Shown here: positions 24,480 through 38,108 of the stretch, piece after piece
How the letters are laid out: the number at the start of each line of letters is the position of its first letter
Position numbering within the stretch: position 1 is the first letter of the stretch
Assembly (NCBI RefSeq): GCF_009914755.1
Contig: NC_060926.1
DNA: 64,000 nt
Source of the DNA: the human T2T-CHM13v2.0 reference genome, Homo sapiens
Reading direction: 5' to 3' (one strand)
Position numbers and translations under genes: made by a program
The notes under the pieces: generated by a model
The model's database searches: none
Told to the model about the DNA's origin: nothing
What the model saw: only the letters and a program-made list of their open reading frames with translations

Positions 24480-25752
24480 GTGATTTTCAGGTGAGAAGTC
24501 TAAACTTTTTAAAGACAACAATGGGAAGCAGCTGAAAGTTATAAAGTGGTGGTATAACTGATGAGCGCCCCAGGAAGAACCAGTGGCTAACTGAATGTAA
24601 GATGGATTGAATAAAACAGATCCTGTACAATACACCTTAAAAATGGATCCTGCACGACGATCCTAGAAAGAAGTCCCAGAGAAAATCCCCTTGCCACTTA
24701 CACTTCCAGGACCTTCTTCTCCTATTCTTTCCTTCTTCGAGGCTCCAGGAGAGAACAGTGCACTGGGGCCTCTTGCCTCGCTGCTTGGAGCTCCTTTGAC
24801 GGTGGAATCTTGCCAGCCATTGATCCAACACTGGGAGTTATCGCGGCAGTGCAACTGCAGTCAGGCCTCAGCTCCAGCTTGTATAATATTTCTGATAATA
24901 AGAGAGCCTAAATGAAGCATCCTTTAAAAGGCCTTCACTGTTAATTTGGCACAGGGAAAAAAGCCAGCACATTATACTAGGTTTTCCAGTCATTCTGCCT
25001 GTGCTATATGGACTCTTTGAATAGATGTCCATAATGAGATTACTCAAAATGGAATTCATTACCTGACTTCGGATTTATTGCTTTTTAACTAGAAATATAA
25101 GGCTACACACACTCTGCTCCCAGCGTTAGTTGTGTGACTGCCCCGCTTCTCCATTCCAGAATGGGTACGGGAAAGCAGGGTGAAGAAAATGCCCAGGAAG
25201 CCTGGGGGTCGTGGACAGTAAGAATGGAGCAAACAATGTGCTTCATTAGGACGGGTGCATTGGAACCCCGGGCCTCTGCTGCTAAGTTCTGCTTCCACAG
25301 TCTCACCATGGGGATCACAAGCCAGTCACCTCCTCACTAGCATAATTGGAAAGACTCTAAGGGGCCCCGAAGTGCTGAAGTGCTGTAAATTAGCAGCGTT
25401 CAATTCTGATGAACATTAAAGGGAGTGTGCAGTTAATTCCTCCGCACATGCTGATCGCAAAGTCTTCCCACTGGGGGCTTTTGGCTTGGAGCGTTACAGG
25501 GCCATTTGTTCTGCATGGCTTCTCCACCAGGGCAAGGACCTCAAGGTGAGTTAATAGGCTTGGCTTCTCAGCACTTTATTTTAATCTGTATTTACCATCA
25601 TCATATATATTTTAACAAACCTCTGGTGCATGGCATGCCATTGAGCACTGCACAAACTAGATAAGAGAGACGGGGCCCTGGTTTCACTGGCAGAGGGCGG
25701 CAACTACATTCAAGGGGGTAACTGAGAAATCCTGCCTTGTATGCTAGTTGGT

Positions 25753-25770
25753 GGCGCTCCCTAGTCGCCA
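25753..25770 (-). promoter_or_regulatory. Candidate CTCF motif
   Basis: Reverse complement TGGCGACTAGGGAGCGCC vs consensus TGGCCACCAGGGGGCGCT; CpGs retained. Confidence 0.5.
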
Positions 25771-26935
25771 CTGGCTCTGCTGTCTGCCACATGTCTTCCT
25801 AGACCTTTGCTTCTTTATGCTGGGGCCACCTCCACTGGACTGGCAGGAGGAAAGTGAGGTCATGTCTATAATATCACCTCTCACAGCCTCGGTTACCATT
25901 GCCCATTCTATTTTCTCTGTCCTCTCATTCTTTCTTCGTCAAACTCTCTGTCTCTCGCATGCAATGTAAAAATATTGCTGACAGTGGCTTTCCATGAGAT
26001 AATAATCTTAAATAGATGACACATGGATAATAGGATAGAGTAAAACAGGATGGGTAAATTGATAATTGCAGATTAGAAGGAAATGCAATCAGCAAACAAA
26101 ACAAAAGCCGAATTTAGGGGGTAATAAGCATGATGTGTTAGAATTGTTAAGAGTGAGGTATTTTCATATACAAGTCTTTATCCCTGAGGTAAAACCAAAG
26201 CGGCATCTTTACATGTTGCAGAAGTATGTCTGAAATGGCACATTCTATTTGTTTGTTTACACATTTCACATTTTAAAAGCAAAAGGAACTATCATTACAG
26301 ATATTTTTCTTCATTGCTATAGGAACTAACAGGGAGCAAAATGTTATCATGGGTTATAATATTGCCCTGGACAATTGCAGGGCAAGCCACTAGCCTGAAT
26401 TCTTGTTGTTATTTTAATTTGTACGTAAACCTTGTCAGATGTCTTAGACATATCTTCAAAAATGCAAACTAATAGCCATCATCATCTGATGTTCCTGAGA
26501 CAAATGTGACAATGACAATATGTTGTTAAAGGCCACGCTTGCACTATCAAAATAATGAGACTGTGGCCCAAGCTGCCTGATAATTTCACAGCTATTTTTT
26601 AGTCAATATGGGTCATCACTTGGGTAATACTACAGACAGACCTGATATCAGCTATTTATATAGCTAGAGAAAGTCACATTTTCCCCTTTTTGGTGAGTGC
26701 AAAGGGGTACAACTTTCTTTGTGTTCTGTGACCTTCCAGTCTTACACAGATTATACCTCTAACACCAGCCTTCAAGAATTACTGAAGTGCTGGGAACTAG
26801 CCCATGGTACATTTGCCCTGGCTTGCAGGCAAAGATTTAGCATCAGGTAAATCTTTTTGAATATACTGAATGCCCATGAATATGAATTCTTTGGATGCCC
26901 AGGGAGGCGTATGTAAGGATATGGCATTTCTTCTA

Positions 26936-26988
26936 TTAGGCTGGTGCAAAAGTAATTGCGTTTTTTTTTTTTTTTGTGGTTACTTTTT
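26936..26988. mobile_element. Made1 (Hsmar1 MITE) half element
   Basis: TA + ttaggctggtgcaaaagtaattgcg (Hsmar1 terminal inverted repeat), expanded T-run, 'ttactttt'; second arm absent. Confidence 0.8.
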
Positions 26989-27317
26989 AGAAGAGCCGTC
27001 CTGTCTTCTTCCTCCTCTTAAGCTTGAGGCTCCTTGGAGATCAGATGGATACGCTTATTAGACTCTCTAGTGAATTTTCATTACTGTCCTGCTGAAGCCT
27101 CAAAATATAGGACAATGAGTTCCCCACTTGCTATTGCCTGGGCCAGGAGCCACTAGAATTATCAATATGATGTTTCCAAATGACACATTTATTTTGTGGA
27201 ATTTTTGAACAGAGGACCTAAAATTGCTGATTTTTGTTGTTTGTTGGTGTGGTTGTTCCTTCTTTGTAACATATCACAGAACAGAACTAAGACTCTTATC
27301 TGAAATAATTATTAATA

Positions 27318-27632
27318 CAGTCATGCATTGCTGAACAACAGGAATGCATTCTGAGAAATGCATTATTAGGTGATTTCATTGTTCTTCGAACATCATAGAG
27401 TGTACTTACCCAAATGTGGATGCTGTAGACTATTACACACTTAAGCGATATGGTATAGCCTCAACTTACACAGCATATTATTTTACTGAATACTGTAGGC
27501 AGTTGTAACACATGGTATTTGTGTACCTAAACATAGAAAAGTACAGTAAAAATGTGGATTGTAATCTTATGGGACCAACATCCTGTATGCGATCCATCAT
27601 TGACTGAAATGTCATTATGCAGTGCATGACTC
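27318..27632. mobile_element. Tigger3a/MER7A-like (TcMar-Tigger)
   Basis: Terminal inverted repeats cagtcatgc...gcatgactc flanked by TA; 'ttctgagaaatgcattattaggtgatttcattg', 'aacatcatagagtgtacttac'. Confidence 0.85.
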
Positions 27633-27775
27633 TATTAAGTATTCATTGTTGAAATATGCTTAAATTGCAGAAACTGGCTAAAGGTTTCAGGGGAAGAGGC
27701 TGAAAAAAATTTAACAAACTCCTTAAAGAGGAAATATCTTGTACACTAACGTATCTGAAAAGTTTATGGTAACAC

Positions 27776-29035
<1,260 letters not shown>

Positions 29036-29109
29036 TACAGTGATATTGCTGTATTGCCAGTGGTTTTGCAGTTTCATAGTCAGGGCATCCTTTCAAATAT
29101 GTTCTGCTA

Positions 29110-29340
29110 GAGATAGTAAGCTCAGTACTTTGGAATCAAACAACCCTGAGTTTATATCCCGGGCAGTTCAAACACTTAGCTCCCTGGGCAAGTTACTGAA
29201 CCTTACTCAGCTTCCATTTCCTGCCCATAAAATGAGGATAATATAACGGATTCCTGGGAGTTGTTGGGAGGATAAGTATAATAACGCCTAAAAAGCACTT
29301 GGCACATAGTGGGTGCCCAATAAGCCATAGGTATTAATGA
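29110..29340 (+). mobile_element. MIR SINE
   Basis: 'ctgggcaagttactgaacc...tttcctgcccataaaatgaggataat...ggcacatagtgggtgcccaataa'. Confidence 0.8.
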
Positions 29341-29441
29341 ATCCAGACATAACTTGAATTCCATAACTTGAGAGAAGGAATACAGTAACCAGCAGTTTGC
29401 AGAAAGAGATTTCCTGAGAAGAAAAATATTCAGATGAATCT

Positions 29442-29472
<31 letters not shown>

Positions 29473-29529
29473 CCACATTTTGTTGGTTTTGTATTTTATC
29501 TGTGTTTTTATCTTTTTATTAAAAAGATC

Positions 29530-29653
29530 AGCCAGACATGGCAGCACACGCCTATAGTCCCAGCTACTTGGGAGGCTAAGATAGGAAGATCACTTGAGCC
29601 CAGGAGTTTGAAACTAGCCTAGGCAACATAGCAAGACCCCATCTCTAAAAATA
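29530..29653 (+). mobile_element. FLAM (Alu monomer)
   Basis: Single monomer 'gcctatagtcccagctacttgggaggc...cacttgagcccaggagttt...caagaccccatctctaaaaa'. Confidence 0.85.
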
Positions 29654-30559
29654 CATGTTATATATGAAAAGCCACTGATTATATGTGCTCCTTCAACCTT
29701 TGATCTACATCTGCGTTCAGTCTCAGAAGTAAACTTGGTGCGGACAATATTTCTCATTTATTTCTGTCTATTTTGTATAACGTAGAGGTTTGTGCAAGGA
29801 GTTATATTTTGCTAATTATATTTTTACAGGTTAATATTAAAATGAACTGGCATTCCCTAAGCACACACTGATGTAGATGTCCAATCTAATTTATCACTTA
29901 GTCCTCTGGCTTAATGATGAAACCTGTCTTTCCCTGACCCACCTCCCATGGCCTCTGTGGCCAGGGCTATCTCTACCACTGGCTCTTCCTGAGCCTTTTG
30001 GCTTTGTATTATGGGGTGGTTGCTGGCACCAGTTGCTCTGCACATCTGGGGGACCCTTCTAAGGGAACACTTTTATTTTAAAATTAATTTACCTCATTTG
30101 ATTTCCTAGTTTTCAGCTGTTGTAACAAAACTGTTCATGTACTCGATCACTCAGATTTGGATGGAAATATTTGTCCTATTAGCCTGAGTAATAGCTAAGG
30201 CAGGACGCTCATTTACTCCTAACAAACCACCTGGGACTTATAAAGAAGAAATGGTTTCCAAATCTCTATGTCCAGTAATATCCCCATTGCCCTAAGCCTA
30301 TCTCAATGAAAGAATTAAAATTTGTTTTCTCAGCTGCCAGCTGACATCCCCAAAGGAGAAGCAGAGACAAATACAAAGGGATACTTGTGAGTAGCCCCTT
30401 TTATTTAAAAAAAAAAAAAGGCTTTTCATGGTTTTAATAAGAAAGATACAAAAACAGCACTGAAATTCAAAACCAACAAAACGCTGCCCAAGCAGACCTT
30501 CGGGCAGAGGATGGCATGGTATGGAGAGGAGAATAGCATCGTAGCTAAAACATAGTCCC

Positions 30560-30985
30560 TGGCCCACTCCTCCTTGCCATTTTGCGAGTCCATGACCTTG
30601 AGAATGTAACATGACCTCTGTATACTTCATTAATTGCACCAATAAAAATAAGGTTAATTACAGTATCTACCTAATAAAATCAATGTGGAAATTAATGAGT
30701 TTCACAAATACAAAGCACCTAGTGCCCCATACAAAGTAAGCGTTATATATATGCTGGCTACTGGAATTTGTATTTAAGAGCTTAGGATCCAGAATAGGCT
30801 GCCTGAATTCAAACCCTGAACCTGCCACTTATTACCTGCATGACCTTGAGCAGGTTACCTAACCCTTTGAAATGTGCTCCTGCGTATGTTAAGTGGGGAT
30901 GATAATGGTATGTCAGGGAATTCTTTGAGAAGCAATGGGTAAACTATACAGTGTTTGGCATTTAGAAGGTGCTCTGATATTAAAT
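30560..30985 (+). mobile_element. Two adjacent MIR SINEs
   Basis: Two 'catgaccttgag' MIR cores (~30591 and ~30838) with MIR 3' ends. Confidence 0.65.
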
Positions 30986-30999
30986 ATAATACCTACTGA

Positions 31000-31152
31000 C
31001 ATTAAATATACAAAATATAATGTATTATATATAATATATAAATATTATATACAAATTTATATATAATATATATTATATATTTAATATAAATATATAAATA
31101 AATATAAATATAATATAATATATTTTAACATATATTTATATATGAATATATC
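31000..31152. repeat. AT-rich low-complexity (TA)n-like tract
   Basis: Direct reading. Confidence 0.9.
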
Positions 31153-31601
31153 AGTGCATATTATTTTTGGTAAACTATATTGCAAGATATTTGTGCCATG
31201 TCTACAACAAACTCTTCTGGTATGAGCTGACATGGATTCCTGCACTCTTTCTTTCTGCCTTTTGGTTTCTTACAGTTTGGTTTTAAACAAATGAAGTCCC
31301 ACAGAGGACTATGTGGCAGCAAAGAATGCCATTCCTTATTAATACATCATTATTGTATGGATGAGGCAATGTGCAACCAGGGGACCTTGGGCCTCAGCCA
31401 GAGCAGTCATCTCAAGTAACAAACGGACCTAATTATAAGGTGGTTTTACCTAAAAGGTCAGCCTCAGCCCTGTCACAGGAGGCTGGCATCATAGGAAGCG
31501 TCTACTGTATTATATTGCACATCAATATTAACATGTGTTCTATGACTGTTATGTGAATGTTATTTAGAGGACTTAGCTTTCTGCTCTGTGTGCACAATCA
31601 T

Positions 31602-31602
<1 letters not shown>

Positions 31603-31640
<38 letters not shown>
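31603..31640. repeat. (CA)19 microsatellite
   Basis: Direct reading. Confidence 0.97.
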
Positions 31641-31642
<2 letters not shown>

Positions 31643-33385
31643 TGCTTTTAGTGGATGCAGTAGACCCTCTAAGTCCCATAATTCTGAAAGCTGACTTTGT
31701 TTGTTGCTTGGGGACTGATTTTGCAGGCTAGTTGCACTGTTGAAATGAGTCCTTGCTGCTTGTAAGTCTTGTTCCATAATTTCATTTGGCTGAAGCAGGA
31801 GACAAGTATCTCATTTTAATTAGAATTTCAAGCAAACTGCATTATGTCGTTATGTGTTATTCTACAAAAAGATAACGTATCAAGGACAGCTGTTGATGGA
31901 GTAAAGCATCCTGTTAACTCTGCCTGAGAAACAAAAACACTTTCATTCACTTCATCAGTTCTGTGACTGTGCTGCTTCTGACACATCCCATGGAACAGAA
32001 AGATGTGCCCTGGAGCCCTCCAAGACAGCAAATGTTTGAAACAAGGTGCTAGGTAGTAATCCCAGGGCCCATGAAAATGTGACATCACCATGTCATTAGA
32101 GGGCAAATTGCAGGTCCTATCCTGCTCTCTGTCTCTGCTGGCTTGCTACAAATCACAGTACTCTCTAAGGAATCCACTCTCTGCCTGTTGCTCTGAGGAA
32201 AGCTGTAGATTGTGTTGAAGAAAAATGGAGGCTATGCTGCCTTAGACCTGCAATTAAGTCCCTGCTGCTCTCCAAACCAATGAGTCCTTCCAAGTAGTAA
32301 TCTAATTTATTTTTCCCATTTTCTAAGTAATGCTAGGGTAAGCGTGTTCATCATTTTAGACTCACTGATTCTAATTCCTAATTCAGACTTGTTTGTTCAG
32401 TAGAAGGTAAACAACCCCTAAGCTATCACCCACCCTCATTTATTTGGAAAGAGAGAGTTTCAGTGGGAGAAGATAAATAGCATGTCAAACATGGTTTGGA
32501 GGGGCTGCAACTGAATAATTTCTAGTTTCCTATGTCTGTCTCCAGCTGTTGTGGCCCAGTGTGACTCTGGCAGCTGTGTGCTGGTTTGGCTGAGCTGCTA
32601 TTCTGTCAAATCAGATCAATACTTGTAAGCATTTGTTTGATATAACAATCTCAGGCCAGTCCAAGAATTCACACGTTGAACCACATGCATGGAAAGGACT
32701 GTTTTCCAGTTATCTGTCTGTGCATACAAGATCAACTGGTTGATGCCTGTAATCCTAAAATCCCCTAGAAAATTAAAGGAAGACCACATTTAGAGGATTG
32801 GTGGACTCGAGTAGCCCTGGGGATGAATCAATTCAATTCCATGAACATTTATTGGGTGCTACTATAGACAAGGAAACATAGGATACATAAAGATCAGCAA
32901 AACACAGTCCCAATTCTCGAGTATAATTTAATACCAGGTTATAAAAACATCAGTAGTTAATAAATTATTATTTAGACTTGGCCTTGTTCCAAAAGGACTT
33001 AAGATGTAAGAATACTCTTGAAAATATATACAGTGGGTCAAAATGAAATAAAATAAGATTACATGAGAAGAGTTTAGGGAAAATTAAGGGTGGGGAAGTT
33101 CAATGAAGCTGGAAGTTTAGAAAATGTAGACCATGAGAAATAATGCTTACTTACCAGTGATGGATCATAAATTTGTCTCAGAGCTTCTCAGAAGCCTGAA
33201 TAAAACTGGAAACAAAATGAATTTTTTATGTGATTGACAATGTCTATGTTGATCTTGCTCACGAAGGAGGAGGGCTATACCAGGTATGGAAATGACACAA
33301 ATCTTTCTCACATAAAGATGACTTTGATTTGTTCTAGTCAGCAACTACAACATACTTATGTAGAATGCAATGATTTTCATAGGCT

Positions 33386-33760
33386 GGTAGCAAGGACTGT
33401 TTGTTGCTTATGTAACAGCCATTCCTTGTCACCTTCACCCTTACTGCAAATAACCCCCTCCACCATCATGTGCACACACACTGAAAATGCTAGATAATGG
33501 CTCTTGCAGACTCCCCTGGACATATGGCTTAATCATGGCCAATGGAACCCCAAAAGAAGGATGCTGGGAAGCTCCTGGTTAAGATTTTCCCCTCTGATAA
33601 AAAGACACACTGAGGGAGAAGCTGCCTTTCCTACCTTCGGATATGGTTATAAGAAGACATACCCTGAAAGGTGTCATCATCTTGTGACCAGGAGGGGACG
33701 AGCTCCTGAACTAAGCCTATATGCTGAGTTGGGAAGTAGGGCAAGTGTTTCATGAAGCCA
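33386..33760 (+). mobile_element. Old ERVL LTR (LTR33/LTR16-like)
   Basis: 'gtagcaaggactgtttgttgc...cagccattcc...ggccaatgg...catcttgtgaccaggagg'. Confidence 0.45.
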
Positions 33761-35440
33761 CAGAAAAACTAAAGGCTCAGATTTCTGCTCCAAAACTAAG
33801 ATGGGCAAGAAAACTCATGCCAGAATTGAAAAAAAATTTGATGTGCATTATAAGGAAATAGATCTGGATGAGAAACATCTACTCAGGTTTCATAGAGATG
33901 ATTTTTTAAAAAGAAAGATGTTTTTATGGCCCAAGTAGAAAAGCTAAGTATTTTTTCCACCTTTACTATATGATGTTATTCTATGAAATAAGCAGAGTCC
34001 TGTTGGTCTTGGCCCTCCTTCCCATCTTATCCTTCTACATCCATGTTGAGAATGAAAACCCCTGTAAACAACTGCATTTGTGAGATAGACTGGACAGGAG
34101 GAGGGAGAAGAGGCAGCAGCATAGATAAGCTGGGAGAGGAAGATCTTAAAATCCTCATAGGTAAAGTCTATGGGAAGAAATAGGCAGATAACAATCATTG
34201 CAGCGGCACAATCTCTTGTTTTTCAAGCAGTAAGCCGACTTGAATACCAAATAACCAGGCAGTAGGTGATGGAGGAAATGACACCCTGATAGAGCAGTGA
34301 CACCCTAAAAACTCTGATAGGGACAGAAAATTAGACTAGAAGATATTTGTGTCAACCTTCCCTCCAGCTCAAGATCTGAGAAGGGAGTTCAACCATCAAA
34401 CAGCTAGGCAAAGAGAGTAATTCACTCACCCTGTCTTGATAAACATGAAGTCTGGATATATTTATCCATGTTCTAGCATCGGTAAAGATACTAGAAACAC
34501 AAATGAGGCTGGTGAAAACATTATAGCATAAAGAAATGGGAATATTTGGCTCAAAGGAGTTCATCTCTGAAAATGATCTATGACACGATTAAGAAGATAT
34601 TATCAAGAAACCATTGGGAATCCTTGAAAGAATGCCAAAAGACAGGCCACTAGAAATTAGGAGCTTAAGTAGAAAGATAGCTCAGATTAAAGGTGAAATT
34701 ATAATTTAGATTAGTGAAATTAACAAGGAGCCCCAAAGATCTAAAAAGATCTAAATGGGACTTCCAGGTAAAGATGGAGCTTTGAACAAACACATCTAAT
34801 TTTGCTCCCTCGGCAAACCCTTATAACACTATAATAGAGAGATTTTGTTTGGTCTTGTTTTCATATAGCAGCCCACATAGGTACAGAAAACGGAAGAAAA
34901 GAAAAAGTGGCAAAATTTTGATGCCATAAAACAGACAGACATATGGAAACAGACTTAACAGATCTGAGAAAGCGGAATCCTCAACTGTAGGTAGGGAAAG
35001 CTGAGAACTAACCCAATTTACACTGCAGTCCCCCTCCAGAGACTCAGAAATTAGCAGCACTAGTCCTTCTAGAAGCCAGGATGAAAGAGTGCAGGACAAA
35101 AGATTAGGAGGATTGAGAAAATTAGGAAGAAACTAGATCTCTGTGCCTTCCCTCTCCCTTAGATTGCCACTGGATGCCATCTCTTATCCCCAGCAGAAGC
35201 CTGGAGGTTTATATTATAGACAGGGTAAAATAGAAACTCTCAGCTTAAAGACAACAATGGAGAACTCTCAGGTTTTGTACCAAAAATAGGAAGATTAAGT
35301 ATCTGTTTGCATACTGACTGCTGAGCACTAGTTTCTTCTTCCATTGGCTCCCAGAATGGAACTTTATTTCTCATGAAAGAGATGGATGAGTCTTCTCTAG
35401 GGGACATGATCAGCCCATGGTGCTGAAAGCCCCCAACATA

Positions 35441-35736
35441 TAGTTGGCTCTCCTTTTTTGTGGTTCCTCATCCACAGATTCAACGAACTGCAGATTGCAA
35501 ATATTCAGGAAAAAAAATGGTGCACATAAAAAAACCCAATAAAATATAACAAATATTTGCATAGCATTTACATTGTATTAGGTATTATAAGTAATGTAAA
35601 GATGAGTTAAACAGGAGGGTGTGCACAGGTTATATGCAAATACTACACTCCATTTTATACAAAGGACTTGAGCATCTGTGGATTTTGGTTCCACAGGAGT
35701 TTTGGACCAATCCCTGCTTATACTAAGCGATCACTG
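35441..35736. mobile_element. MER2 (TcMar-Tigger)
   Basis: 'catccacagattcaac', 'catagcatttacattgtattaggtattataagtaat', 'ggacttgagcatctgtggattttgg'; TA flanks. Confidence 0.85.
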
Positions 35737-36608
35737 TATTGACAATGGGAATGGTAAGCACTCTTCAGTGATTCACAGAGGACAGTCTGCATCTAGGCAC
35801 TCAGAGTTTCAGGCAGCTGTTTAGCCCTCTGCTCTTTAACATAAGCAAACAATCAAGGTTTTCCATAAATCCAAGAAAAGCAGGTAGTATGGTGGGGGGC
35901 GGGGGAGGAGAAAACAAGAGAAAAAAGGAACCTGGATGAAAAAGGCAATGTGCAGGGAAAAGAAAACATTACAAAGTAAACTGTAATTAGTATCTTTCAA
36001 AATATAAAAGATTTGTATACATGAAACAAGAACAGGGTGCCCTAAAAATGGAACAAAGACACAAACAAAAACATAAAAAAGCCTTGGGTATAAAATGCAA
36101 TGGAAAAATGTAATTTACATGAGTGTTAGAAAAAATCTGAATGATGCTGTGAAACTTCGAATTAGTCATATGAAAGTTAAACTTGAAAAGTGTTCCTGGA
36201 TTGCAGAAGCAAAATCAAAGAGATTTAAATGGCAAACAGAGGATAGATATGGAAGATATGTGATGGAGAGCAAACACAGATCACTGGTGTTCTTAGATCA
36301 GTATAAATAGAAGAGAAACCAAAGCGAAGACGAGAAAAACATTTCTGAGCTGAAAAAAAAGATCTGTACTTACTGATTGAAAGCACCCACTACCTCGAAG
36401 CAAAATGAATTTTGAAAGACCCAAATGAAAGTACATCCTGGCCAAACTTGAAAACTTAAAAGAATGAAGGGGATTTATGAGCCTCTTGGCAAAATAAATG
36501 AATAGATTGAAAGGAATGCAAATAAGACTGACCTCAAATACCTTTTCTGCAACTTGACATACCAGAAGACAGTGGACTAATGTCTATAGAATTTTAAAAA
36601 TAAACAAT

Positions 36609-36888
36609 GGCCGGGCATGGTGGCTCACGCCTGTAATCCCAGCACTTTGGGAGGCCAAGGCAGGTGGATCACCTGAGGTCGGGAGCTCAAGAGCAGCCTG
36701 ACCAACATGGAGAAACCCCGTCTCTACTAAAAATACAAAATTAGCCGGGCGTGGTGGCACATGCCTAGAATCCCAGCTACTCGGGAGGCTGAGGCAGGAG
36801 AATCACTTGAACCCGGGGGGGGCAGAGGTTGCAGTGAGCCAAGATTGTGCTATTGCACTCCAGCCTGGGCGACAGAGTGAAACTCCGT

Positions 36889-36922
<34 letters not shown>
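36609..36922 (+). mobile_element. AluSp
   Basis: Sp diagnostics 'gaggtcgggag' and 'ctgaccaacatggagaaacc'; flanking aaacaat duplicated; ~33-nt pure A tail. Confidence 0.95.
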
Positions 36923-36924
<2 letters not shown>

Positions 36925-37409
36925 AACAATTATCATGTAAGAATTTTGTACGTAGCCAAATTTTGTGTGTGAAGGCAACAGAAGAAATTACTCACAAATA
37001 TGCAATGTATCATTCATGTGAACTTCTTAGAAAAAATTATTTGAAGCTGTAATTGAAATGCCTGAGAGAAAAAACAAAATTTTCAAAGTTTCGAAATATG
37101 AAGATAATTGTATAAACCATCTGGCTGCAAACATTCAACCATTTAGAATTGAGAGATATCCAAATTAATTTTTGTAAATGTTATTATAAAAGTGGATGCC
37201 AATTTCAAAACTCATTTTTAAATTAGAAGATATATAATGGTTGGAAGGAAAAAAGAAGAGCGGGTGGGAAGATAGAAGGGAAAGAAGAAAAGGGAGAGGG
37301 AGAGCAAAAAAGTTCACTTTCGTTTTGATTACATGAGTGATGACAGAGAGGTGGCAGGGTAAGTCTTAAAATACTGAGTTTAAGAACAATCTAAAATTGT
37401 TCTTAAACT

Positions 37410-37568
37410 CAATAGTTGTCAAATGTTGTGCATTGGAATCAGCTGGGGATCTTTATGAACCACTGATGCCTGGCTTTCACCCTCCGATGGTTTCGTTTAA
37501 TTGGTATGGGGTGCCCGAAAGCTCCTCTGCCACTTCCAATGTGCAGCAACATTTGGGATCAACTGGCT
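37410..37568. mobile_element. MER5B-like (hAT-Charlie)
   Basis: 'gcattggaatcagctgggga...tttaattggtatggggtg...aatgtgcagc...caactg'. Confidence 0.6.
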
Positions 37569-37807
37569 TAACTCAATAAATAGAAAAAAGTAAGAATGGG
37601 AAGTAGATTTCAGCTTGTGTTCCAACCCTTCTTAATTGGCAATGACTGCCCTAGGGCTTTGCTGGGGTCATATCAGGCTCAATGGGAAACTGCTCTGATT
37701 CATTTATACGGTCTTCACTGGAAAAGGAGAGAATGACATTACACACTGGCCATCTCTGGGTTGGAGAAGATTTCTAAACTAAAGTAACAATTAATAGATT
37801 TAAAATA

Positions 37808-38108
37808 GACCAGGCGCAGTGGCTCACGCCTGCAATCCCAGCACTTTGGGAGGCCGAGGCGGGTGGATCACGAGGTCAGGAGATCGAGACCATCCTGGCT
37901 AACACGGTGAAACCCCCGTCTCTACTAAAACTACAAAACATTAGCCGGGCGTGGTGGCGGGCGGCCACCCCAGCTACTCGGGAGGCTGAGGCCGGAGAAT
38001 GGCGTGAACCCAGGAGGCGGAGCTTGCAGTGAGCCGAGATGGTATCACTGCACTTCAGCCTGGGCGACAGAGTGAGACTCTGTCTCACAAAAAAAAAAAA
38101 AAAAAAAA
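37808..38108 (+). mobile_element. AluY
   Basis: 'gagatcgagaccatcctggctaacacgg', 'aatggcgtgaacc...gagcttgcag'; TSD agatttaaaata at 37796-37807 and 38109-38120. Confidence 0.96.
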
